From NCBI GenBank assembly GCA_963780265.1, contig CAWABQ010000028.1, forward strand, positions 135,491 to 199,490: DNA of 64,000 bases, read 5' to 3'. Each line of letters starts with the position of its first letter. Position 1 is the stretch's first letter. Both the position numbers and the translations under genes were made by a program. Shown here in pieces: positions 18,236 through 26,890 of the stretch. This DNA comes from Candidatus Bathyarchaeota archaeon (lineage in GTDB: Archaea; Thermoproteota; Bathyarchaeia; 40CM-2-53-6). The notes under the pieces are model-generated. The model did no database searches. It had not been told where the DNA came from and was given only the letters and a program-made list of their open reading frames with translations.

Positions 18236-19182
18236 TTGCGTTCTCCTTCCAGCAGGCGTAGGTTGACTGATTCATAGACGATTTTCATCTTGTCAACTCT
18301 GAAGTCAGAGTAGTGTCTAGCTAGAATTGACTTGGGAGCTCTGCCTTGAAATGCGTCAACATACCTATCTTGAACGCCAAGACTGCCCATCCTATCTGCG
18401 AACCAATCTCGCAAATCTTTAGGCTTAATCTTGAATCCACACTGTTTGCTAGCCTTCTCGAAGACATGACGCAAACCTTGAGGTAGCAGATTGAAGAGTT
18501 GCTCATTCCCTTGCCAAGTCTCTTTGGATGCTAAATGATTTTGTAGCAGTTGATCGCATTCGGGAGAGTAGAACGAGCACCAAGACTTCTTGGTTGAGCC
18601 TTCATGATTCTTGGGAATGATCGCTCTTCTGGATATGTCCAAGTCTTCGTAGCGTAACGATAGAATCTCCATCTCACGGAGACCGCTAGTTGCAAGCAAG
18701 AGGAACATGAGCTGGTGTACCGGTTTTGTAAGAGCATTATAAAAGAGCCTCATTTTCTCAGTGCTTGGAGCTTCTTTGGGAACGAAGGGCGCTCGTGGAT
18801 AACGAAAACTGTCGGTTATTGGTGAACCAAGAAAGCTTCTGTAGAAGCATCGAAATCCACGAATTATGTTAGCTCTACTGTTGGGTGGAGAATCGGAGTA
18901 GTTTTCAAGCATATAGTTTCGAAGATCATCTCTTGTAGCTTGTCTTAGATCCTTTGGAAACGATTTCGAGAAGCATCTCATTATTCCTTTGTAGCGCTCA
19001 ATGGTCTCTTTTGCAAGTTGCAGGTCCACTCTACAGAATTTGCTGAATTCGTCAAGAAGCTCAAGTGCGTTGACAGACTCGCCATAATTTGTAGTGTTTG
19101 CGAGAGGATTATTCGGGCTGTTTAGATGAATGTCGCCTAAAACAGAAGGTGGGTTACGGCCAACACACCAACCCGTTTCATT
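18232..19182 (-). CDS. tyrosine recombinase, C-terminal fragment Int(C) of the partitioned integrase
   Basis: Catalytic-domain motifs are present (LLATSGLREMEILSL, KDLRDWFADRM, ILARHYSDF). The frame stays open upstream of the GTG at 19029, through att and on to 19287, with no ATG/GTG/TTG. The gene therefore lacks its own N-terminus. Confidence 0.8.
   Translation of the reverse strand, partial: NETGWCVGRNPPSVLGDIHLNSPNNPLANTTNYGESVNALELLDEFSKFCRVDLQLAKETIERYKGIMRCFSKSFPKDLRQATRDDLRNYMLENYSDSPPNSRANIIRGFRCFYRSFLGSPITDSFRYPRAPFVPKEAPSTEKMRLFYNALTKPVHQLMFLLLATSGLREMEILSLRYEDLDISRRAIIPKNHEGSTKKSWCSFYSPECDQLLQNHLASKETWQGNEQLFNLLPQGLRHVFEKASKQCGFKIKPKDLRDWFADRMGSLGVQDRYVDAFQGRAPKSILARHYSDFRVDKMKIVYESVNLRLLEGERN
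19122..19182 (+). repeat. attR: second copy of the 61-bp repeat (displaced 3' end of RNase P RNA)
   Basis: 61/61 identity with 3440..3500. Confidence 0.9.
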
Positions 19183-19485
19183 TCTTGGAGAATTGGCTGA
19201 ATTAGAATTATTTTGCAGTGATTGTATTTCTGGTTGAGAACTTCTATTAACGGCGTTGACCGCGCCGGCTATGGGGCTTTCTTCACTTTATGAATCATAC
19301 ACCTTCTACGTGGAGGTAACCGGGTCAACCATCGCTAGCCCGGTTTTGTCGTTATTTTTTTTTCTAGCCGTTGGCCGCCAGGCGCTTATGTGCCCTTGTT
19401 ATGCGTGGCGGTAGGGAAATTTCTACTTTCATACCTTCCATTGGAATCTTTCCACATTTCGCTATATGCACCAGGGAAATATCTG

Positions 19486-19854
19486 ATGGCGTGGTTAGCC
19501 ATGCAACACCGAACAGATCCTACGAAGGATTACACGAAGACCGCCTTGCCTTCTGTGGGCAGGGACCTGCTTCTGATGGAGTCCATTGATGATAGCTTCA
19601 CAGCCTTGCTTGGGCAGGGCGCCAAGAATGCATTGTACGCGTACTTGGTGAAGAGGCGAGCGCTCGATAGGGAAGATATACCTGAAAGGTTGGATGATTT
19701 TGACGAATGCATGCAAGAAACCTTTGGACAGGCCGCCGTGGTAATAGAGAGAAACATACTAGCACGATTCTATCATAAACTCGGCTTGAACTTTTCCGGT
19801 AGAACGGATTACGCGTTCTCTGACTTCGTAGACGCAACCAAGAAGAGCATTTAA
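19486..19854 (+). CDS. hypothetical protein
   Basis: The ORF has internal ATGs at 19486 and 19576. The helical C-terminal part (MESIDDSFTALLGQGAKNALYAYLVKRRALDREDIPERLDDF) looks protein-like. The start is uncertain. Confidence 0.4.
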   Translation: MAWLAMQHRTDPTKDYTKTALPSVGRDLLLMESIDDSFTALLGQGAKNALYAYLVKRRALDREDIPERLDDFDECMQETFGQAAVVIERNILARFYHKLGLNFSGRTDYAFSDFVDATKKSI

Positions 19855-20372
19855 GACCTGTAGGTTTAATCCCGATACGCCCCCAACCCCAATGTAAAAC
19901 ATGTTACTCGTCCCTAATCGGGGTGGAGAAATGTTTTGATTTGGGTGGTTCCAGTGATTAGGTGGCACCAAACGGCACCACCCTATGAAGGGTGGCACCA
20001 CCCGGGGCTTGGAACGGCAAACGGAGCCTTCCACTTTGCGATCGGGCGTGTGTGTGTTTGAATATGTAGTGTAGTTTTATGGGAAACATGTTACCCATCA
20101 CGAAGGCCGCCGGAACTCGAGTGTCTGTAAATGTTGTTGTATTGATTCCGACAACCTGCTCGCATCCAAAGCGGTTGAAACGAACGACAGGTAGTTCTCG
20201 TGGGCCTCCAGCCTGTGGCTGGTTCGGCGTCGGGCGACTATCCCTTCAATGACCAGACTGCGGGAAACTCTCTCGGTTGCTTCTCGCCATGAGTTTTGGC
20301 AATTCACATTTGGCCGCTCGGAACCGAGACGTTTGGAAAGTTCTATAGATGACGTGAGGAACTATTATCGCT

Positions 20373-21027
20373 ATGTGCTATCCACCTTATCCGCGCCCCC
20401 AGTTCGTACCTGTCATGTACGTTCCCCCTCCGCCTAACTACTGGTACCCGCCCCCCCAGCCACAATACTTTGTTCAAGATTACCGTGCGCTCAGCCTTCC
20501 GAGAGTTGCCCCAAGTACGGTGGAGCCCCGAGTCGAACATACCGAAGCTGCCAAAGAGCGCCCTTCTAGCGTGAACAGTGAAATCCAGTTAATACACCAA
20601 CAAATCTCTCGCATCAAGGAAGACTTGGATAATATGGAAAAACGAGTACCGAAGCCGACGGAAGAAGGCGGAGGATTAGGTGAGGCAATTCTTAGGTTGA
20701 ATGGCGCTATTCGATATGTTGCCATCCTAGACAGCGGCAACAATCTGCTTGAGTTCAAGTCACGGGAGGAAGGCTCAAACCTGACCCTTAGAGATGCGAC
20801 GAAGGACTTCATCTCAATTAACCCACTCATAATGCTTGGAGCATTAGAGCGCCTGCGGCCATTCTATGGCAATGTAAATTACATCGCGGCTCGATTGAAA
20901 GAATGCCTCCTGATCGTGTTTGAGGACCACCAATCGCCACTTCGTCCTAATCCTAGAGTCTGCAGTGAATACGCAGCTCGCTGACCAAATTGCTGCCGCC
21001 CTCCAAGAGCTCATACTTCAGATCTAA
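20373..21027 (+). CDS. hypothetical protein with a P/Y-rich N-terminus and an alpha/beta C-terminal domain; probable frameshift near 20930
   Basis: Starts MCYPPYPRPQFVPVMYVPPPPNYWYPPPQPQYF. The C-terminal part AIRYVAILDSGNNLLEF...LLIVFED continues in another frame as TNRHFVLILESAVNTQLADQIAAALQELILQI, with a stop at 21025..21027. Confidence 0.5.
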
Positions 21028-21096
21028 GGCGGACGTGAGGCTCTAGAAAGTGATGGAAGCCTGAACTAATTTCGGGCACCCACTAAGTCACCCATA

Positions 21097-21112
21097 GCCA
21101 ACACACCAACCC
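21097..21112 (+). repeat. third, partial att copy (16 nt)
   Basis: GCCAACACACCAACCC is identical to 3477..3492 and 19159..19174, the P2/P1 3' strand of RNase P RNA. Confidence 0.5.
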
Positions 21113-21557
21113 AATCCCTTCACTAATCTTTCACAATGAAATGGCTCACAAAGGTTCCCAGGCCACGTAATGAAATACGAGATAGAGGGATTAGGAATCG
21201 CTCAGATAACCATCGCTCAGGCTTCGCCGCTGAGCCTCCCTGGAAGAAAATTCTGCCGGTGCTCACAGGCTACCCGACTAGCCTGACGAAACTTCAATCA
21301 ACCTTCTACCTATACCCGCTAGAGGAAGTTCTTGAGGATTCGACTGGGCCTAGGCGATCCTTCCGATTGTTTGAGAAGGCCGAGGTGGACCGCGACTGAC
21401 TAGTCAGGAAACTTTCTGACTCGTACTCGAGAGTCGGATTTCCAGGTCTGGGTCACGCCTGGACTTCCAATGATTCCATTCTTCCTCGCCGCGTTCATTC
21501 TAATACTAATTCTTGGGGACCCCATTATTGCCTGATAATTCGCCACTGAAACAAGAA

Positions 21558-22124
21558 TTAGAAGAACTCGGCTTCTGTTTTTACCATTTCCTCCTCGCTA
21601 ATGACCGACGAGTAAGCCTCGAACGGTTCCGCGTTCAGAGTCAGAAAAGTTTGACCCCACTTGAAAAGGGAGAGCAATTGACTTGCTTTCTCGCTGAAAC
21701 CCATTATGCGGAGACCGGCCGCAAGCGCCTCCACCGAGGATAACTTGTGAGGTTTTGCGTAGTTCACCGGGTTCGATGCTAGCAATGTTGGGAGTCGCCT
21801 GCCAAAACCGGGCAATCGGGCCGAGAAAGCAACCCGAACTTTTTCCCACGAGCAATCAATCGCAACCAAACCGTGCTGCACAGCTTCGGCTCGGTCTCTT
21901 GGGAGAAGGCATTGGCTCGCAAAAGGACTCAGGACAAGAGACTTGCGTGGAATCTGCCGGACGCGGTGCAAGGGTATTGAATAGCCGAATCTTGCTAGCT
22001 TCGCTGCCGTACATTTGCGCGGATCATCCTGCCTCAGGAGGAGTACGTATGTCCTTGGGATTGAAGAGTCCGAATTGTCGTGCAAATTCCGCCCAGGCTG
22101 TTTGCTACAGTAATCTCCTTTCAT
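21558..22124 (-). CDS. tsr3: 16S rRNA aminocarboxypropyltransferase Tsr3 (DUF367)
   Basis: LLLRQDDPRKCTAAKL, LVAIDCSW and SSVEALAAGL match the Tsr3 family. Confidence 0.8.
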   Translation of the reverse strand: MKGDYCSKQPGRNLHDNSDSSIPRTYVLLLRQDDPRKCTAAKLARFGYSIPLHRVRQIPRKSLVLSPFASQCLLPRDRAEAVQHGLVAIDCSWEKVRVAFSARLPGFGRRLPTLLASNPVNYAKPHKLSSVEALAAGLRIMGFSEKASQLLSLFKWGQTFLTLNAEPFEAYSSVISEEEMVKTEAEFF

Positions 22125-23643
22125 GAATTGATTTGTGGCACATCGGATTGTCTAGGATCTTGGGTATGTGATCAAGCAGATCGGTTGGCGTAAGATGATA
22201 GCCGTATTCTTCTTCCGCGAGGTCGCCGGCCGCACCGTTTACGAAGGCTCCGGCAACTGCAGCTCTGAATCCGTCGACGCCCTGCGCCATCAAACCAGCA
22301 ATTATTCCCGAGAGGACGTCCCCAGTTCCACCCACGGTCATGCCAGGGTTACCTGTATCATTCAACTTCACATTCATTCCATCCGAAATTATGTCGGTGT
22401 GGCCTTTGAGAAGCACAACGCCTCCACTTCTTGTAGCGAAAGCTTTCACCTCGCTGGAACGCACCTTCAAATCTCGAGACGGAGGCCTTCCGAAAACTGC
22501 TTGAAACTCACCCGCGTGTGGAGTCATAACTGTCGAGTTATCGAAAATCTTCTTTTTCACCACACCGAGGGCCCTCAAACCATCAGCGTCCAACAGAAGC
22601 GGTTTCTTGAGCTGTTGAGCGAGCTGGATGATTTTGCGAGCCGCGGAGATCGTTTGCCTATTCAAACCTAACCCTGGACCGATTGCTACTGCATTCGCTT
22701 TCTCCAATTGGTCTCGAAGGATGCGTACGTGCGCGGGCATGAGGTTTGCGCCGGGAAGTTTGATGGTGATCAGGTTTGGGGAGATTGATGAAATTACTTG
22801 CGCCGTTCTTTCGGGCGCCGCCACGAACACTAAATCGGTGCCTGTCCTGTAAGCTGCCAGCCCGACGAGTGTTGGGGCCCCAGTGAACATTTCACTACCA
22901 CCTATTACCAGTAACCTTCCGAACTGACCCTTGTGTGCGTCAGGGGACCTTCGAACTACTGCGGCGTCTACATCTCCTGGTCCGGCAAAGACAGCGGCCT
23001 CTGGCGGTATTCCGATATCCGCAACTTTGATTTCGCCACAGAACTCTTTTGCTTTCGAGAAACCCATCTTCATGGCGTGGAGGGTTACTGTAAGATTGGC
23101 GCGAACAGCCTCGCCCAACACCTCACCCGTATCGGAATCTATCCCGGTTGGGACATCTACGGCCACTTTGTAACCACGAGACCCATTGATTACCCCTACC
23201 GCTTTGAGGATAGGTTGACGCAGTTTCCCTTTGACACCAGTCCCTAGAAGTGCATCAACAACTATCTCCGAGTCCGATCCAGATATTGATGAGGAGTCAC
23301 GATACAGTTCTATCTTGATGGTTGTGGACATCGATTTCAGGGCACGCCAGTTTTGAAGTACTGTGGGATCTGAGATTGAATTCTCGCTACCCACGAGCTT
23401 GTATGATACATTGAGGCCTCTTGCCGCGAGATGCCGCGCGGCGACCATTCCATCCCCTCCATTTCTGCCGGCCCCACCGTAAATCACAACGGAACTGCCC
23501 GCTCCAAACCGGGCGATGATTTCATCAGCTACAGAACGCCCCGCATTCTCCATTAGTTGCAGCGTAGACACGCCTAGGTACTCTGAATTTCTGTCGAGAA
23601 TAGTCATTTCGAGGGATGTTAATGCGGAGTTTGTAGTGGTCAA
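22105..23643 (-). CDS. nnr: bifunctional NAD(P)H-hydrate repair enzyme (epimerase / ADP-dependent dehydratase)
   Basis: YjeF N-terminal domain (YGGAGRNGGDGMVAARHL) plus a carbohydrate-kinase domain (LVIGGSEMFTGAP, GGTGDVLSGIIAG). Confidence 0.9.
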   Translation of the reverse strand: MTTTNSALTSLEMTILDRNSEYLGVSTLQLMENAGRSVADEIIARFGAGSSVVIYGGAGRNGGDGMVAARHLAARGLNVSYKLVGSENSISDPTVLQNWRALKSMSTTIKIELYRDSSSISGSDSEIVVDALLGTGVKGKLRQPILKAVGVINGSRGYKVAVDVPTGIDSDTGEVLGEAVRANLTVTLHAMKMGFSKAKEFCGEIKVADIGIPPEAAVFAGPGDVDAAVVRRSPDAHKGQFGRLLVIGGSEMFTGAPTLVGLAAYRTGTDLVFVAAPERTAQVISSISPNLITIKLPGANLMPAHVRILRDQLEKANAVAIGPGLGLNRQTISAARKIIQLAQQLKKPLLLDADGLRALGVVKKKIFDNSTVMTPHAGEFQAVFGRPPSRDLKVRSSEVKAFATRSGGVVLLKGHTDIISDGMNVKLNDTGNPGMTVGGTGDVLSGIIAGLMAQGVDGFRAAVAGAFVNGAAGDLAEEEYGYHLTPTDLLDHIPKILDNPMCHKSIHERRLL

Positions 23644-23915
23644 AACCTGTCAAAGGTGGTCACTCCTAGCGGTCTGGTAAACGTTGTGGGAGCCAATGCC
23701 GGATCGTTGAATTCAACACGGCAACTTGTTTTTTGATCGTGACCTTGCCCTTGAAACGATTGTGATTGCTAGTTTTCGATGAAACCGTATCAACCAACAA
23801 CATCATAATCAAATCATAAGCGGAACGAAGTCTCCGCCCTAGGATTTGTGTCAGCAACGAGCTAGGCAAACCTTTTAGCGGTACCTTGAACATCAAACTG
23901 TCACGAGGTTCTGTA

Positions 23916-24152
23916 ATGCCACTTGCCTTCGTCCTAATTAATGCGGAAATAGGCTCGGAAGACGAAGTAGCCGGAGAAATGCGCAAGATAGCGAACGTGA
24001 AGGAATCATACGTCGTCTACGGTGTCTATGATATTGTTGCGAAGGTCGAAGCCGATTCGATGGACAAGTTGAAAGAAATTGTCACCTGGAAGATACGCAG
24101 ACTCGACAAGGTCCGCTCGACACTTACAATGATCGTCGTAGAAGGAACCTGA
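23916..24152 (+). CDS. stand-alone Lrp/AsnC ligand-binding (RAM) domain protein
   Basis: MPLAFVLINAEIGSEDEVAGEMRKIANVKESYVVYGVYDIVAKVEADSMDKL matches the AsnC_trans_reg pattern. Confidence 0.7.
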   Translation: MPLAFVLINAEIGSEDEVAGEMRKIANVKESYVVYGVYDIVAKVEADSMDKLKEIVTWKIRRLDKVRSTLTMIVVEGT

Positions 24153-24208
24153 CCCATTCAACCTTGCCGGAGAGTCGGTGCTAGCATTATACCGACTGGG
24201 TTCAACTT

Positions 24209-25537
24209 GTGGAACTGCACATAGGAATAGACGATACGGATTCGACGAAAGGGGGCTGCACTACCTACATTGCAGCTCGACTAGTCGAAACATTATCGAA
24301 GATGGGTGCGCAGTTCATTGACTACCCCAACATCATACGCTTAAACCCAAACATTCCGTACAAGACACGAGGAAACGCAGCAGTAGCCTTACGCCTCAAG
24401 ATTCCGGCCGACCTTTACAGCACCGTTCGGGAGGAGGCTATAGAGGAGGTGGAGGCAAACAGCCGGATTGGCAGCGCAGGGACAGATCCGGCAATTGTCT
24501 TTCTGAATGGGAAGCCACCCATCAAGATTAGGAATTTGTCTAGGAAAGCTTTGAGAGATATCGTCAGCGAGCATGAGGCCCAGAGAATCCTCACCCGCTG
24601 CCACATGACCGCAGTCGCATATGGGTCTCGATTGGGTTTAGTAGGCGCTTTATCCGCCATTGGCGAAAGGCTAGACGGCGATCACACATTTGAGCTGGTC
24701 GCTTATAGAGAAAAAAAGAACTGTGGAACACCAAGACGAGTCGATGAAAGATCTGTAATGAAGATGGATCGGCTTACCGCACCCCGCACTTTCAACAATT
24801 ACGATTTCGACAATAAGCGAATGCTCATTACGCCGCACGGCCCGGACCCTGTGCTCCTGGGCATTCGAGGAGAAAATCCGAACGCCGTTGTAAATGCCTT
24901 CCGCATGTTGAGGATTCGAGAACCAATCGAGCGATGGGTGATATTTCGGACAAATCATGGAACCGACGCTCACCTCAACGCTACACGTTCAAACGGCCAA
25001 GTTAGGTCCTATAGGCCTGCCGTTCTGAGAGGAATCGTAGCTGACAAACCGAAACGTATCGCGGGCGGCCACGTATTCTTCACTCTCCGTCACCGACTTG
25101 GCGCGGTAGACTGCGCTGCGTTCGAACCAACAGGAGCCTTCAGAGAGGTCGTGGCGAATCTCGTCGAAGGAGATGAAGTCTCCGTCTTTGGCGCGGCCAA
25201 GAGAAATCCAGCAAGTCAATACCTAACTATTAATCTGGAAAAGATTCAAGTTCAACACTTAATTGAGAAAGTCGAAATGGAAAATCCAGTATGCCCGATA
25301 TGTCACAAGCATATGAAGTCAGCTGGAAGAGACCAGGGGTTCAGGTGTGAGAGATGCTCCATCGTGTCCACGAAGCTTAGAAAGAGGAGCGTCAGGAAAC
25401 CGAGATACGTGCTTCCTGGGATTTATCTCCCAGCCTTGAAGGCACACAGACATCTCACAAAGCCGCTTTCTCGATACGGACAGGAGAAGAAAAAGTGGGA
25501 CCACAAAGCGCCTTCAGGCAAGTGGCACGACCCCTAA
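24209..25537 (+). CDS. tiaS: tRNA(Ile2) 2-agmatinylcytidine synthetase
   Basis: N-terminus LHIGIDDTDSTKGGCTTY, an OB-like middle region and a C-terminal Zn ribbon (CPICHKHMKSAGRDQGFRCERC). Confidence 0.85.
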   Translation: MELHIGIDDTDSTKGGCTTYIAARLVETLSKMGAQFIDYPNIIRLNPNIPYKTRGNAAVALRLKIPADLYSTVREEAIEEVEANSRIGSAGTDPAIVFLNGKPPIKIRNLSRKALRDIVSEHEAQRILTRCHMTAVAYGSRLGLVGALSAIGERLDGDHTFELVAYREKKNCGTPRRVDERSVMKMDRLTAPRTFNNYDFDNKRMLITPHGPDPVLLGIRGENPNAVVNAFRMLRIREPIERWVIFRTNHGTDAHLNATRSNGQVRSYRPAVLRGIVADKPKRIAGGHVFFTLRHRLGAVDCAAFEPTGAFREVVANLVEGDEVSVFGAAKRNPASQYLTINLEKIQVQHLIEKVEMENPVCPICHKHMKSAGRDQGFRCERCSIVSTKLRKRSVRKPRYVLPGIYLPALKAHRHLTKPLSRYGQEKKKWDHKAPSGKWHDP

Positions 25538-25785
25538 ATCTTAGTGAAACGAGTAACCTAGGTGCTTTGTCGTCGCCCCAAAGAGCACAGAGCCTTGGCT
25601 AAGGTCCGCTACCACATTCCGTTAAGGACACCCCAAAAACAGGGCTATTACTCAACATGCCGGCATGTACAGTCTTCTGCGAAATCCACACCGTCCTAGG
25701 GACGGGTTTGTCACAGTCAGTGGAATATGACAGCGCAAGGTTTATTCGCGATGTCGCTAGGTGTCGTTGCATAAGTGAATCAGAA

Positions 25786-26232
25786 ATGTCGTACTATTAT
25801 GTTCCGAGACCGGCGGTTCCATACACAGTCTACGTACCGCAGCAATGCTACTCGGCTGAGCAACGTCTAGCCCCCCAGCCTCCAGAGGTATTCTACCAAC
25901 CCCCGCCTCAGTACTACTGCTATCAGCCTCCTGCTACGATGTCCACCTATCAACCCCCGGCCCAGGTCTACCAGCCTCCGCCCGAGCACTACTTCCAGCA
26001 GGCTCCGGCCCAAGCATACGCCTATCAGCCTCCGGCCGTTCAGGTGGGTGAATCTGGCGGATATGGCGCGTATGGCGGATTAGGTGGATTCGGCGGATTC
26101 GGCGGCTATGGCGGATACGGCGGCTATGGCGGATACGGCGGCTATGGCGGATACGGCGGCTATGGCGGATACGGCGGCTATGGCGGATACGGCGGCTATG
26201 GCGGATTAGGCCGACGTGGCGGATTCTGGTGA
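25786..26232 (+). CDS. low-complexity protein: P/Q/Y-rich N-terminal part plus (GGY)n tail
   Basis: Starts at the internal ATG 25786 (MSYYYVPRPAVPY). It has repeated YQPP units and a C-terminal GGYGGYGGY tract encoded by the tandem repeat. Confidence 0.55.
   Translation: MSYYYVPRPAVPYTVYVPQQCYSAEQRLAPQPPEVFYQPPPQYYCYQPPATMSTYQPPAQVYQPPPEHYFQQAPAQAYAYQPPAVQVGESGGYGAYGGLGGFGGFGGYGGYGGYGGYGGYGGYGGYGGYGGYGGYGGYGGLGRRGGFW
26101..26208 (+). repeat. 18-bp tandem repeat GGCGGCTATGGCGGATAC x5 perfect plus 1 imperfect (in-frame, encodes GGYGGY)
   Basis: Read directly. Degenerate units also lie upstream (26056..26100). Confidence 0.9.
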
Positions 26233-26890
26233 ACGTTCTATCTCTAGGCCTCTTTGCGCACGGCTTTCACGACCGCTAGGACATTTTCCCATTTTACTTT
26301 GGGTTCCAGATCATAAGCTGGAGCTCTAACGAGGCCCCCCTCCCTACCGACTGTTTCGATGCGTTCTTTAGCATCTGCTTCGATCCGGTGGAATTACTCA
26401 TCGCTTTCGCAATAATCCAGTCAATACTTCTCGTGCCAACAGCATTGACTATGAAGTTGCAGCACATCTAACTCGGCTATTCTAAGCGTCCGCAGACATG
26501 AAAAACCAAAACGCCGCACCGACTTGATTTTTCGATATGTCTTCGCCAAGCTACGAAAACCCCCTCGCACAAGCAGGAAGGAAACTGACGAGAGAAGCGC
26601 TTCACCGCCGTAACATTGGTGTGAACGGTTTTTGGGGCCCACCCGTTCCTTATCGGTCACCCAGCGAATCGATCAAGCAGCTTGTACGGGTCCTAGCTGC
26701 CAGCTTTCACTTACGCAATCAAACCATCCAAGCTCGGCGCGGCAAAGCAACGCGAGAAAGCTTCACAACCTTCGCAAGTCAGCATCGTCGCATCCGAACG
26801 CCGCGCGTTCTCCAAATACTCCGCAACAGTCAAAGCGAACAAACAACCGCAACCCACAAAAACCACCCCACAGTCCTTTAATTTCGTACT

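Larger units (their letters stand above)
3440..19182. mobile_element. integrated element (~15.7 kb) inserted in the 3' end of the RNase P RNA gene
   Basis: Bounded by perfect 61-bp direct repeats, with a split tyrosine integrase at both ends. Cargo is a type I R-M system, nuclease-like genes, IS debris and small membrane proteins. Housekeeping genes lie outside. Confidence 0.8.

Noticed and set aside
19318-19363. Hairpin AACCGGG-N14-CCCGGTT followed by a T9 run, considered as a terminator
   Set aside because: The only same-strand upstream unit is the displaced RNase P 3' fragment about 140 nt away. It is plausibly the ancestral rnpB terminator, but I cannot support that from sequence alone.
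19897-20094. Direct 11-mers AAACATGTTAC (19897 and 20084) and three GGCACCA units (19964..20000)
   Set aside because: Hundreds of 11-mer repeats are expected by chance in 64 kb. The GGCACCA cluster is short and has no supporting context. It is noted only as a possible binding-site cluster.
21136-21399. 87-aa ORF downstream of the partial att copy
   Set aside because: It has R/P/S-rich composition and no motif. It is likely non-coding flank.
23666-23986. 106-aa minus-strand ORF between nnr and the RAM-domain gene
   Set aside because: It overlaps the start of the better-supported plus-strand RAM-domain gene and has no motif.
26101-26208. Perfect short tandem repeats considered as a CRISPR-like array
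   Set aside because: The 18-bp units are contiguous with no spacers, and they are in frame within an ORF (GGYGGY). This is a coding microsatellite.
26560-26595. CAGGAAGGAAAC resembling the SRP RNA helix 8 GGAA loop region
   Set aside because: I could not find extended complementary 5'/3' helices or other SRP RNA motifs.
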